Shown here: in pieces, positions 1-9,515 of the stretch
How positions within the stretch are numbered: position 1 is the first letter of the stretch
Layout of the letters: every line of letters starts with the position of its first letter
Assembly: GCA_963711565.1 (NCBI GenBank)
Contig: CAVQEQ010000001.1
Location: forward strand, 864,001-928,000
Length of the DNA: 64,000 bases
DNA from: an uncultured delta proteobacterium
Lineage (GTDB): Bacteria > Desulfobacterota > Binatia > Binatales > Binataceae
Direction of reading: 5' to 3'
Notes under the pieces: model-generated
What the model saw: only the letters and a program-made list of their open reading frames with translations
What the model was told of the DNA's origin: nothing
Database searches by the model: none
Program-made: the position numbers and the translations under genes

Positions 1-781
1 CGCTCCCAGAGCCAATCGCCGTACCTCCCAGATTTATCCGCGTGAGCGCTCGCACGCTTTGCGCCAGCTCGCCGGCGCGCCGTGCAATCGCCTCCGCGTG
101 ACCGCCGAACAGTTCGCCGAGCGATACCGGTGACGCGTCCTGCAAGCAGGTGCGCGAGATCGTGACGACCGGCCGCAGCTCATCCGTCTTCACGCGAAAG
201 GCCGCGACGCATTGAACGAGCGCGCGCCGCAAACCGCTCCATCGAGTGAGCACCGTCATCCGAACGGCCGTATGGCAAACGTCCGCGGTCGATTGCGACG
301 CATTGACATGTACTTTTGGATGCACGGGTTGATAAGTCCCGCGCGCGCCGCCGAGAAACTCGTTGGCGAGATTCGCGATGACCTCGTTCATATTCATATT
401 GACCGCGATACTTCCGCCGCCGGCGAGCGGGTCGATCGGAAACTGCGTGAGATGTTCGCCGCGAAGCAGCGCATCGCACGCGCGCTCGATTGCGCCCTGG
501 CGCCGCGCGTCGATCACGCGCGCATCGCGATTCGCGCGCGCCGCGGCCTTTTTGACCGTCGCCAGCGCGCAAATATAGTCGGGATAGTTGTCGAGAATAC
601 GCCCCGAGAATCCCAGATTCTCGACCGCTCTGACCGTGTGAATTCCGTAAAGCGCGCCGGCGGGAACCGCGCATGCGCCTAGCGAATCTTTTTCGATCCG
701 AGTTCCCGATGGCGCGGCGAGCCGCGTGCGAATCGATCCGCGCGAGCTTCGTGGCGTGGCCGACCTACGCCGTGCGGCCAT
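1..781 (-). CDS. Aspartate ammonia-lyase / class II fumarase superfamily lyase (3' end runs off the window)
   Basis: Not in the ORF track. Manual minus-strand translation gives TRIEKDSLG..ALYGIHTVRAVEN, GGGSIAVNMNMNEVIAN, HVNASQSTAD, SRTCLQDASP, INLGGTAIGSG. In-frame ATG at 781 overlaps the end of the upstream gene. Confidence 0.85.
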   Translation of the reverse strand, partial: MAARRRSATPRSSRGSIRTRLAAPSGTRIEKDSLGACAVPAGALYGIHTVRAVENLGFSGRILDNYPDYICALATVKKAAARANRDARVIDARRQGAIERACDALLRGEHLTQFPIDPLAGGGSIAVNMNMNEVIANLANEFLGGARGTYQPVHPKVHVNASQSTADVCHTAVRMTVLTRWSGLRRALVQCVAAFRVKTDELRPVVTISRTCLQDASPVSLGELFGGHAEAIARRAGELAQSVRALTRINLGGTAIGSGS

Positions 782-1622
782 AGCGGGCCATCTGCAGGCC
801 TTTGCTGCTCCGCGTTCCGGGCTTGGTGTCGTACGCGAGCAGCGCAACCAACCGCGTCGTGCTTCCGCTAATCGGCGTCACGCGATGAATCGAGTTGCGT
901 CCTTCGAACAGCAGCAGCGTCCCCGGATGCATCGCGACGCGCACGACTCCTTCGCTGGAACCCGCGAGCAGGCGCTGGACGCGCGGATAGTTCTCGTCGG
1001 TGGCGCTGCGAATCAGCGGAACGTATTCGAAATCGCCGCCCGCCTGCGAGGGTCGCAGCGCAATCGAGGTGACGAAGTCGGTCTGATCGAAATGCCAGTG
1101 CAGGCGTTCGCCGTCGCCCATCACCGCGAGATTGAGCGCGCCCATCGGATCGGCATAGCGATAGAGGCGATCTTTTTTCAGCGCCGCCGCGATGAATTCC
1201 ATCAACGGATCCCATTCGAACAACTGCCTCATCGCGGAGTCGTGCGGAAACTGATCGTAGGCGACGACACCAACCGAGGTCGGCTCGAAAAACTTGCGCG
1301 GATGATCGTCGGGCAGCGAAGCGTCGGGCGCAGCGAGGTAGGGCGTGCCCGTAACGACGCTGTGATACGCGCGCGCCGCCAGCGAATCGCCCTCACTCAC
1401 CAGCATCGCAACCGCTTCGGGTTTCAGGAATCCAGGCAGCTCGCACGCGCCGGTGCGGTCAAGCTGCGCGCGACAATGACGCGTCAGCTCGCGCGTGGCG
1501 TCACCGTTCAAGTCGAGGATTGGATAGCGCTCGAGATCGATCAGCTCCGCGGGCGACCAAGTTTGGTTGACGGCCTTCGTTTGCATGCTCAGAGCAACCT
1601 CTGGTTCCGACCTTACGACCAC
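765..1622 (-). CDS. Fe(II)/2-oxoglutarate-dependent dioxygenase, BesD/HalD-like fold (hydroxylase-type HxD motif)
   Basis: LHWHFD (HxD), GGDFEYVP, LLLFEGRNSIHRVTP (distal His), RLVALLAY (2OG Arg). The start may be at MQTKA. Confidence 0.8.
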   Translation of the reverse strand: MVVRSEPEVALSMQTKAVNQTWSPAELIDLERYPILDLNGDATRELTRHCRAQLDRTGACELPGFLKPEAVAMLVSEGDSLAARAYHSVVTGTPYLAAPDASLPDDHPRKFFEPTSVGVVAYDQFPHDSAMRQLFEWDPLMEFIAAALKKDRLYRYADPMGALNLAVMGDGERLHWHFDQTDFVTSIALRPSQAGGDFEYVPLIRSATDENYPRVQRLLAGSSEGVVRVAMHPGTLLLFEGRNSIHRVTPISGSTTRLVALLAYDTKPGTRSSKGLQMARYGRTA

Positions 1623-1658
1623 GTTCTCACTAGCACAATCGCGGAAACTGACATCGTG

Positions 1659-2708
1659 CTACAGCGCACTCTTCAGCGGATGCTGCCTGAAAAAGTCCAG
1701 CATCGTCGTCATCCATTCCTTCGGCCATCGCATGTGATTGCCAAGACCAATGATCGACCCCGTCGTAGTCGCGGTCGATTGGTCGGGAGCCTGCGGATCG
1801 GTCCCACACGAATCCGTACATGCGTGAACCCGCTCGTGATGATTGTCGAGTATCACGTCGTCGACAACTACTCCTGCTGCATTCAGCTCAGTCGCCATCA
1901 GCTCGCCGTTGGGACAGATGCCGCCAACGTCGCAGGCGTTGTGAATGTGCATGGTGCGCGCGGCGGGATTGAAGATCTGAATCTGCTTGTTGCTCGCCGG
2001 CACTCCGGCTACCGGCTGCTGCTGGCAAGGATCGTCGAAGGCGCCAAATGGATTGGGTGCGGAATAAACAGCGGCCGCCGCGATATTCGGACGATTTACC
2101 GCGTACAGAAGACCCATCGCCGCTCCGTTGGACCATCCGGAAACGTAAATTCGCGCGGTGTCGACCTTTCTGGTTGCGACCTGAGCCGCGATGAAATGAT
2201 CGATCGTTGCCGCGTCGGCATTTTCCCGCCAAATCGTATTTCCGATCCTCACGTCACCTGCGGGGTTCAACTGGCGATACCAATTGTCCCAACCAATTCC
2301 CTTGCTATCCGGATATGGATAGTAGTGCGTCGTCTTGCGGCCCTCAGGCGCCAGAACTATATATCCGACATTCTTCGGATCGTCACTGAGTGAGACTGAA
2401 TTTTGAAGGTCAAGTATATTCGTCTGAGTAATCCATCCAGCCGAGAACAGCGACGGATGTAAGTATACGATCATTGGTAACTTGCTATTCGCGGCGGCCG
2501 ACTTCGGTTCGTAAAGGCAAGCGTATCGATCGATCCGGTCCGCATCTTTCCACGGGCCGAGCAGCTTGCCCTCGCCGCAGCTGGGCTTGACCTCGGAAAT
2601 TACCGCTGCCGACGGAGCGCCGAACGGCCCGCACGCAGTCGGCGGCTCTTTGATAGCGCTGCATGAAAATAAAAGCGCGATCATCGGCAGGCAGAACGTT
2701 CTCTTCAC
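1659..2708 (-). CDS. Secreted/lipoprotein alpha/beta hydrolase (PHB depolymerase/LpqC-like esterase)
   Basis: Signal peptide with LFSC, IVYLHP, nucleophile elbow IYVSGWSNGA, C-terminal His (NHMRWP). Confidence 0.7.
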   Translation of the reverse strand: MKRTFCLPMIALLFSCSAIKEPPTACGPFGAPSAAVISEVKPSCGEGKLLGPWKDADRIDRYACLYEPKSAAANSKLPMIVYLHPSLFSAGWITQTNILDLQNSVSLSDDPKNVGYIVLAPEGRKTTHYYPYPDSKGIGWDNWYRQLNPAGDVRIGNTIWRENADAATIDHFIAAQVATRKVDTARIYVSGWSNGAAMGLLYAVNRPNIAAAAVYSAPNPFGAFDDPCQQQPVAGVPASNKQIQIFNPAARTMHIHNACDVGGICPNGELMATELNAAGVVVDDVILDNHHERVHACTDSCGTDPQAPDQSTATTTGSIIGLGNHMRWPKEWMTTMLDFFRQHPLKSAL

Positions 2709-2839
2709 GGCACTGGTCTAACATATCAAGGAGCCCTGGCCGATAAGCCCTTTGAATCGGCATTTGCTTGTCAGTCTCGACTTTCGAGCGTTATGGTCGG
2801 AGTCGCGCGCGGAAATTCACCTCGCGGAGGTTTCATCCG

Positions 2840-3732
2840 ATGAATCTTGGGACGCTGGGCGTTGATGCTTTGATGGATTCGATGGCGGGGGCCGAGCTCG
2901 CGCGGTTTGCGCGCAAGATCGAGCAGCTCGGCTACGGTGCCCTATGGTTTCCCGAAGCCTTCGGCCGCGATCCGTTCGCGCTCGCCGCGCACCTGCTGAC
3001 GGTGACCGAGAAACTGATCGTTGGCACCGCGATCGCGAACGTCTGGAAGCGCGAGCCGGTCGCGATGCTGAGCGGAGCGCGGACGCTCGCTGAAATGTTT
3101 CCGGGGCGCTTCGTCCTCGGCATCGGAATCAGCCACGGGCCGATGATGACGCGGATGGGGATCAACTACTCGAAGCCGCTGACCTTTATGCGCGACTACC
3201 TTGCCCGGCTGAAGGACGCTCCGTACGGCGCGGCGCGACCGTCGATCGAGGCACCAATCCTGGTTGCTGCCCTGCTTCCGAAAATGCTCAGGCTCGTCGC
3301 CGCCGAGGCGGACGGGACTCTTCCGACGTTCGTCACTCCGGAGCGGACCGCGCAGATTCGTGCCGAGATCGGCCCCGACAAATTGATCTGCGTCCAACAG
3401 ATCTCGATGCTCGAGAAGGACGCGAGCAAGGCGCGCTCCGCGATTCGCGGGTTGATCGGTTTCTATCTCAGTCTTCCAAACTACCTGCAAAGCCTCAGGC
3501 TGATGGGCTTCGATGACTCGGACTTTGCAGGCGGCGGCAGCGATCGAATTGTCGATGCGATGGTCGCGTGGGGCGACGAGCAGGCGATCCGTGATCGCGT
3601 CGCGGCGCAGTACAAGGCCGCGCCACTCACGTATGTATCACGCCGGTCGGACTGGCCGGTGCGTGGCGCGGCAAATCGGAAGACAGCACAACGCCCGTCG
3701 AGCGCGCACTCGAAGCGCTCGCGCCGCGATGA
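2840..3732 (+). CDS. LLM class (F420-dependent type) oxidoreductase with a 1-bp frameshift near 3620
   Basis: GYGALWFPEAFGRDPF, GTAIANVW, RFVLGIGISH, AALLPKMLRL. Restoring one base in GCCG^CGCC gives the expected ending KAGATHVCITPV...ALEALAPR-TGA(3732). RBS GGAGG precedes ATG 2840. Confidence 0.8.
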
Positions 3733-3784
3733 ACTGGCTAATCCGAATAGTCATTCGGATCGCGATCTGACTACTGGGGTGACT

Positions 3785-4933
3785 ATGCAGATCGATCACG
3801 ATGAAATCATGCGCCGCGCCGCCGCGATTTCGCCGACGCTCTCCGCGCATTCCGGCGAGTGCGACGCCGCTCGCAAGCTCACCGGCGAAAGTATGGCTGC
3901 CGTGTTCAACGCCGGCATGTTCCGGATTCCGCAACCGCGACGGGTGCGCGGCTACGAGCTGAGTCTGCGCACACTCGCCGACGCCGTCACCTGTCTCTCC
4001 GAGGCGTGCCCCTCGAGCGGCTGGGTGCTGATGGTGATGGGCGCGCATCACTGGTGCATGGGCTCGTTTCCGGAGGCGGCGCAGGACGAAGTCTTTGGCG
4101 ATGGCCGCGACGGCCTGGTCGCGGGAACGTTGTCATCGCAGGGCAGCGCAACCGCGGTCGATGGGGGCTATCGCGTCGAAGGGCGGTGGCAATTTTGCAG
4201 CGGCGTCGATCATGCTCACTGGGTAATCCTGGGATGCGCCGATCCCTCGACGCACCGGCCTTCCGTCCACGTCGTTGTGCCGCGCGGCGAGCTCGAAGTG
4301 GACGACACCTGGCACGTGATGGGCCTGCAGGGGACAGGCAGCAAGGATGTGCAGGCGCACGACGTCTTCGTGCCGGCGCATCGAGCGATCGACACGCGGA
4401 TTCTGTTTCGCGGCGCGAGTCCTCACGCTGCAAATCACGCCACGAACCTGTATCGACTCTCGGCCGAGGCGATGCTGTCGGTGTCGGTATCGACTGCCGT
4501 GCTTGGTTCCGCGAAATTCGCGCTGCTTCAGTTCATCGAGCGCACCAAAGAGCGGCGTGTGATTCTGACCGGCGCACGGAAAGCCGACCATGGGCCGACT
4601 CAGGTGCGATTGTCGGAAGCTGCCGCCGAAATCCAGTGCGCGGATCTGTTGCTTCACGACATCCTGGGTGAATTCGATCGATTGATGACGACCGGCGAGA
4701 CCTTCGACAACGATCACCGGGTGCGCGCGAAGTGGCAGGCCGCGTACGCCGCCGAACTATGCCGGCGCGCAGTCGCGCGGATGTTCTCGGGTTCCGGAGC
4801 GCATGCCGTGTACGCGCCGAGCGCGCTTCAGGCCGCATTTCGGAACATCAACGTCGGCGCGCAGCATGCGAGTATCGACTTCGACAATTCCGCCGAGCTC
4901 TACGCTCGTGCGCGGCTGGGCTTGAACTCGTGA
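3785..4933 (+). CDS. Flavin-dependent monooxygenase oxygenase subunit (HsaA-like, acyl-CoA dehydrogenase superfamily)
   Basis: ACPSSGWV, GYRVEGRWQFCSGVDHAHW, DTWHVMGLQGTGSKDV, SGAHAVY..LQAAFRN; has its own ATG at 3785. Confidence 0.85.
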   Translation: MQIDHDEIMRRAAAISPTLSAHSGECDAARKLTGESMAAVFNAGMFRIPQPRRVRGYELSLRTLADAVTCLSEACPSSGWVLMVMGAHHWCMGSFPEAAQDEVFGDGRDGLVAGTLSSQGSATAVDGGYRVEGRWQFCSGVDHAHWVILGCADPSTHRPSVHVVVPRGELEVDDTWHVMGLQGTGSKDVQAHDVFVPAHRAIDTRILFRGASPHAANHATNLYRLSAEAMLSVSVSTAVLGSAKFALLQFIERTKERRVILTGARKADHGPTQVRLSEAAAEIQCADLLLHDILGEFDRLMTTGETFDNDHRVRAKWQAAYAAELCRRAVARMFSGSGAHAVYAPSALQAAFRNINVGAQHASIDFDNSAELYARARLGLNS

Positions 4934-5170
4934 TCGACGGGATTCTACCGATCGGACCTGAACCGATCGGAAACCGGGACATGGCTCGGTCTGACGCTCT
5001 GGATTCCATGGCCCCGACGTGATTGGTCCATGGCTTCGGGCCATGCTCGGGCCTTGGTTACGTCACTGATCTCGGCGACCACCCAGCCCTCGAGCACCGC
5101 GTGCAACAGATCGCCAGGATTCCCCCACGAATCGATGATTCTGTCCATCGCTTCTCGCAGTGGCGCTACT

Positions 5171-5383
5171 TCAAGGCAATTCGAGCAGGCAATTCGCGCA
5201 GAGCGCCCATCGCGCGCGCCCGCCCGCCGGCACCACCAGGATTGCCGCGATCGCTCGCGCAGCATCTCCGCATCGCCGGCAGATCAAATCGTCGCCGTCG
5301 CATCGGGCCTCGAATCCGACCTCGGCAATCGTTGCCGGGTCATCGATCAGCTCGATGCGTATCAGATTGAGTTCAGTTTCCAA
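5171..5383 (-). CDS. Small Cys-rich hypothetical protein (CxxC...CxxC, possible zinc finger)
   Basis: ICRRCG and LCANCL motifs; GGGGGA RBS-like sequence before TTG; directly downstream of the Crp gene. Confidence 0.5.
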   Translation of the reverse strand: METELNLIRIELIDDPATIAEVGFEARCDGDDLICRRCGDAARAIAAILVVPAGGRARWALCANCLLELP

Positions 5384-5419
5384 AGCGTCCCCCAGTCAAC
5401 CCCGGTCGTGCGGCGCACA

Positions 5420-6208
5420 TTAATTCAGATGCGCTCCGGCTTGAGCATTCATCGAATCGAAGAGCTTGGCGACCTGCACGACCATCTGCCGTCCCTGCCG
5501 GATGACAAACTTTTCGCGCTCCAATCGCGCCAGATGCTCAGTCACTCGCGGCCGCGAGGCTCCGACCAGGTTGGCGATGTCCTTGTGGCTGAACGATACT
5601 CGTAGCAGCGTGCCGCGCGACTCCTCGATTCCGAAGTCCGCGCATAGCTCCAGCAGCGCGATGGCGATTCGTTCGTGAAGGCCGAGGTTCAGGAAGCTCG
5701 AGCTGCGCAACAGGAGGCGATACCACTGCTTGAGGTCGTTGCGATGAAACTGCTTGAACGCAGATTCGGAAGCGTTGACGGTGATGCCGTCGAAATCCGC
5801 CCAGCTCACCGTGCCGACGCGGCAGTCGTTGTAAGCCTCGCACTGAAAACCGGACTGGCTGAGCGGCAGCGCCGGGAATTCGGGAATCGGTCCCGGCGCG
5901 AGCATCGCAACCGTGACGCGCTCGTTGCGCGCGTTGCGGCAGGTGATGCGCGCGATTCCTGCTAACAAAATGTGAGCATCCTGGGCGAGCGCAACCTCGC
6001 GCAGGATCACTGAATGCCGTTTGTAGTTGGCTAGTACCAGCGCGCCAACGAGAAGTGTGAGCTCAGAGGGGGAAAGCCACGACAGAGCCTTGAGCCGGCT
6101 CAGCCTGTCAAGATCGGTTTCACGTGTCGTATTTCGTTCATTCAAATTTGCACCGTCCAGACCCAAACTATACGCCCCCGACAGCCGATAATGGAAACGA
6201 ACTGTCAC
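5420..6208 (-). CDS. Crp/Fnr family transcriptional regulator
   Basis: ILLAGIARITC beta-barrel, LHERIAIALLELCADFG, HTH SHKDIANLVGASRPRVTEHL; true start probably near 6145. Confidence 0.85.
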   Translation of the reverse strand: MTVRFHYRLSGAYSLGLDGANLNERNTTRETDLDRLSRLKALSWLSPSELTLLVGALVLANYKRHSVILREVALAQDAHILLAGIARITCRNARNERVTVAMLAPGPIPEFPALPLSQSGFQCEAYNDCRVGTVSWADFDGITVNASESAFKQFHRNDLKQWYRLLLRSSSFLNLGLHERIAIALLELCADFGIEESRGTLLRVSFSHKDIANLVGASRPRVTEHLARLEREKFVIRQGRQMVVQVAKLFDSMNAQAGAHLN

Positions 6209-6280
6209 CTATATAACAAATGCTTCGTGCTGCGGAGAACGCTAAAGAACAGGGACCGGGGACAGATGCGGTAGTTGGCT

Positions 6281-7052
6281 TCAGCCGCCAACTGCACGTT
6301 GGGAGGTACTACGACGTGCTTTTCCGAACTCTTCGTCGCCAGCAGCTATATGAGTTTGCGCCAGGAAGCTTTCCAATTTATCGCGGTTGACGACGAGTTG
6401 ACGACTGTTGCGCGAAATCAGAACGTTTGCGCTCGAACTCAATCAAATGTTCAGTGATTCGCGGCCGCGACGCGCCAACCAGTTCAGCTAGATCCTTGTG
6501 CCTCGTCGGCAGCATCAGCCGGATTCCCTTTGGGTCGGGGCTACCGAAATTTTCACATAGTTCGAGCAGAATCAGGGCCAAACGTTCTTCCAAAGTACAG
6601 CTCATGAAATTTGCGCAACGCAGTTGAACCAAATCCCAGCGGCCCAGGTAGCTCTCCGCCAACCGCTTGAAGTCCGCTGAAGCGACCCCCAAACATATCT
6701 CGACGAACGCCTCGAGTTCGATCGTCGCGATCCGGCAAGGAGTAACCGCTTCGCAGCGAAAATTGTAACTGATGCCGGCTACCGGCGGCGGGAAGCCCGG
6801 AATCATGCCGGGCGCGACCATGATCACAAGCGTACGCGTGCCCTTGCGATTGCGGCAGGTGATTCGCGCCACGCCCGCCAGCAGGATGAACGCGGTGTCG
6901 TGCGAGTGTCTCTCGTCGATAATGATCGCGCGTTTCTCGACCACGCTGACGGTCAGCGCGTTGGAGAGCTTGTCGAGCTGGCGCGCCGTCAACCAGGAAA
7001 TATTCTTGAGGCCCCGCAATCTTCGCGTGCCCGATACTCGAACGGCAGTCAT
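6281..7052 (-). CDS. Crp/Fnr family transcriptional regulator (1-bp frameshift near 6422)
   Basis: HTH RHKDLAELVGASRPRITEHL. Removing one base after ERKR restores LISRNSRQLVVNRDKLESFL, matching the paralogue's FVIRQGRQMVVQVAKL, with a stop at 6281. Confidence 0.85.
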
Positions 7053-7126
7053 CCACCCAATGTATCAGACGCCCCGACGCGCGAGCGGAATAACGCTCCA
7101 TCATAAGGCTTATTCGACGTTTTTAG

Positions 7127-8467
7127 TTATCCGTGTAACAACCGATTCCCGCTCGCAGGCGAGGACCCCGCATCGCGCCGAGCGATCCAGATGAGCAGCA
7201 CGAGCGCGGGAATCGTTGCGACCGTCGTCAGCATGAAGAACGGCACCCAGCCGAGCTTGTCCGCCAGCACTCCTCCCGAAGACGCGACCATCGTGCGCCC
7301 GACCGAAGCCAACGACGACAGCAGCGCGTACTGAGTCGCGGTGAACGCGGGCGAGCACAGTCCGGACAGATAGGCGACGAGCGCGGTGCCCGCCATCGCG
7401 CCGGTGAGATTCTCGGCGGCAACGCACAGCGCCAGATAGTCGAGCCGATGCCCGCCGACAGCCTGCAGCACATAAAACAAATTGCCGGCCGACTGCAGAA
7501 TTCCGCACAGGATGAGCGCGCGCATCACGCCCAGCTTCGACGTCACCACGCCACCGACAATCGCGCCCACGACAGTCGCGAAGAATCCGACCAGCTTCGA
7601 GACCGCGGCTATTTCGTTGAGCGAGAATCCGATCGAGATGTACAGCGGCATCGCCATCACGCCGGCCATCGCTTCGCCGAGCTTGTAACCGACGATGAAG
7701 ATGAGGATCGCCGGCCACATCGGGCGCCGCATGAAGTCGGCGAACGGCCCCGTCACAGCGGTCGCAAGCCATTCGCGAACCGCGTCCCATCCTGTCGCGG
7801 CGGTATGCGGCTGCGCGTCCGGCGGCGTCGATGGTTCGGGCCCGAAGATAAACACGAGCATCCCGGCTGCCAGCAAAGCCGCCATGGTTGCGTAGGCCGC
7901 GAACCAACCGAAGCGGGCCGCGACAATGAGCGCGCCCGCGCCCGACACCAGCATCGCGATCCGGTAGCCGGTCTGAATCATCGCGGCGCCGGGACCCTGC
8001 TGATCGGGCGCCAGGATTTCCACCCGGTACGCGTCAATCACCACGTCCTGGCTGGCTGAAAGGAATGCGACCAGCAGAGCCAACGCTCCCATCCGCGCGA
8101 GATCGATTTTCGGATTGCATGAGCCCAGCGCAAGCGTCGCCGCGATGAGCACGAGCTGGATAGAGATACCCCATCCGCGCCGACGGCCGAGCGGAATCGG
8201 CGGCGGCAGACGGTCAATCAGCGGCGACCACAGGAACTTAAAGGAGTATGGCGTGCCGACCAGGGCGAAAGCGCCAATCGTCGCGCGGCTGACGCCGGCG
8301 GTAGCGAACCAGGCCGACAGGGTCGAAAACGTCAGCAGCAGCGGGAGTCCGCTGGCGAAGCCAAGCGGCAGGATGAGCAACACGCGCCGCTCGGTATACT
8401 CCGCGAGCGAACGCCGCCAGGCGGTCATGCCGCTCGTTCCCGCCGTCACCTTCTGCGCCGCTGGCAT
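7127..8467 (-). CDS. ampG: AmpG family muropeptide MFS transporter
   Basis: LGFASGLPLLL, PYSFKFLWSPLIDR, GRRRGW, SASQDVVIDAYRVE, FTATQYALLSSL. Confidence 0.93.
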   Translation of the reverse strand: MPAAQKVTAGTSGMTAWRRSLAEYTERRVLLILPLGFASGLPLLLTFSTLSAWFATAGVSRATIGAFALVGTPYSFKFLWSPLIDRLPPPIPLGRRRGWGISIQLVLIAATLALGSCNPKIDLARMGALALLVAFLSASQDVVIDAYRVEILAPDQQGPGAAMIQTGYRIAMLVSGAGALIVAARFGWFAAYATMAALLAAGMLVFIFGPEPSTPPDAQPHTAATGWDAVREWLATAVTGPFADFMRRPMWPAILIFIVGYKLGEAMAGVMAMPLYISIGFSLNEIAAVSKLVGFFATVVGAIVGGVVTSKLGVMRALILCGILQSAGNLFYVLQAVGGHRLDYLALCVAAENLTGAMAGTALVAYLSGLCSPAFTATQYALLSSLASVGRTMVASSGGVLADKLGWVPFFMLTTVATIPALVLLIWIARRDAGSSPASGNRLLHG

Positions 8468-8541
8468 AGTGACTTCATATCATGAACGGGCGGTCGCCAT
8501 CGCTCATGGCACTAACGCGCGCGCTCGCGGAACATATTTTG

Positions 8542-9291
8542 TCAGAAATCGAGGTCGGAGATGACCCGTTTGCTCAGGTGGTCAATCGGTCGTTTGGGCT
8601 TCGATTCGAACCGCCCCCGTTGACGTTTATCCTTAACGACCATCGCGCATTCGAGCCGCTTTTGGGTATCTCTGACAAAGCCCGTCACCAGGCGGCGGAG
8701 CTGGAAGATATCGAAAGCCTCAAATTTTTCATCGATTAGTTCCTTGATCCGTTTGATACCGTGGATACGAACCAGCTCCCTGGCGCCTTCGTTTCCGTAC
8801 AGAGCCTCTGCGGCGATATGCAACATGGAATTTTCGTCCTGTGAGGATAGCCACAGTACGACATCGGGATAAGCTGCGAGGAACCAGCGCGGATACCCCG
8901 GCGGGACGCTGGCGCCCTTCTCGAAGGCAGCGGCCGAGCGCGTTGGCTTGCCGGGTTCGACCGGCGGTTTAACCGGCAACGATTCGCAGACCTCGACATA
9001 GTTTGCCAGGAAGTCCGCGGGATCGATTGAATCCGCGACGAAGAACATACGCATCAGCTCATTCGCGTTCAGAACCTCGTCCATCATGCCCCCGTCGATT
9101 ATTTTAGCCCAAGTGACGGATTGCCTGCCGCGCCGAAAGAACCGTATGAGCACGATACAGAGACCGCCGAAGAGGGCGCCAGCGATTAGGGGAACGATCA
9201 AAATCACAGTGTACTTTCCGTTTCGAGGTTGCGATACCAACGCCGCGCAAGTGGAGAGCCGCCGCTCGGTATGCCCCGGAATTGTAAGCAA
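8542..9291 (-). CDS. Hypothetical protein with N-terminal membrane anchor
   Basis: 249-aa ORF filling the gap, hydrophobic segment VILIVPLIAGALFGGLCIVLI; start uncertain. Confidence 0.5.
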   Translation of the reverse strand: MLTIPGHTERRLSTCAALVSQPRNGKYTVILIVPLIAGALFGGLCIVLIRFFRRGRQSVTWAKIIDGGMMDEVLNANELMRMFFVADSIDPADFLANYVEVCESLPVKPPVEPGKPTRSAAAFEKGASVPPGYPRWFLAAYPDVVLWLSSQDENSMLHIAAEALYGNEGARELVRIHGIKRIKELIDEKFEAFDIFQLRRLVTGFVRDTQKRLECAMVVKDKRQRGRFESKPKRPIDHLSKRVISDLDF

Positions 9292-9515
9292 ACGACATGC
9301 CGCCGCAAAGTATCTGTCAATTATTGACTCTGCTTAGTTTAATTACTCTACAAGCAGTAGATCGCACAGGATTGTTGCATGAATGCCACTGCGCGATTGT
9401 TGCAGGTGAGTTTTTTTTAATCCGAAATGCCGCTATTAGACCTGAAGATGGGCCCGTTTGACTCGCTTGGAATTACCTTGATAACGACTCAGGGTCTGCT
9501 ACGATTGGCGGCGCT

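Noticed and set aside
765-1622. Radical halogenase call
   Set aside because: Retains Asp in HxD; halogenases have Gly or Ala there
726-2393. 555-aa plus-strand ORF
   Set aside because: Arg-rich antisense shadow of two real minus-strand genes
4945-5265. 106-aa minus-strand ORF
   Set aside because: N-terminus overlaps the Cys-rich ORF out of frame; the remainder (MDRIIDSWG...) may be a short gene but has no support
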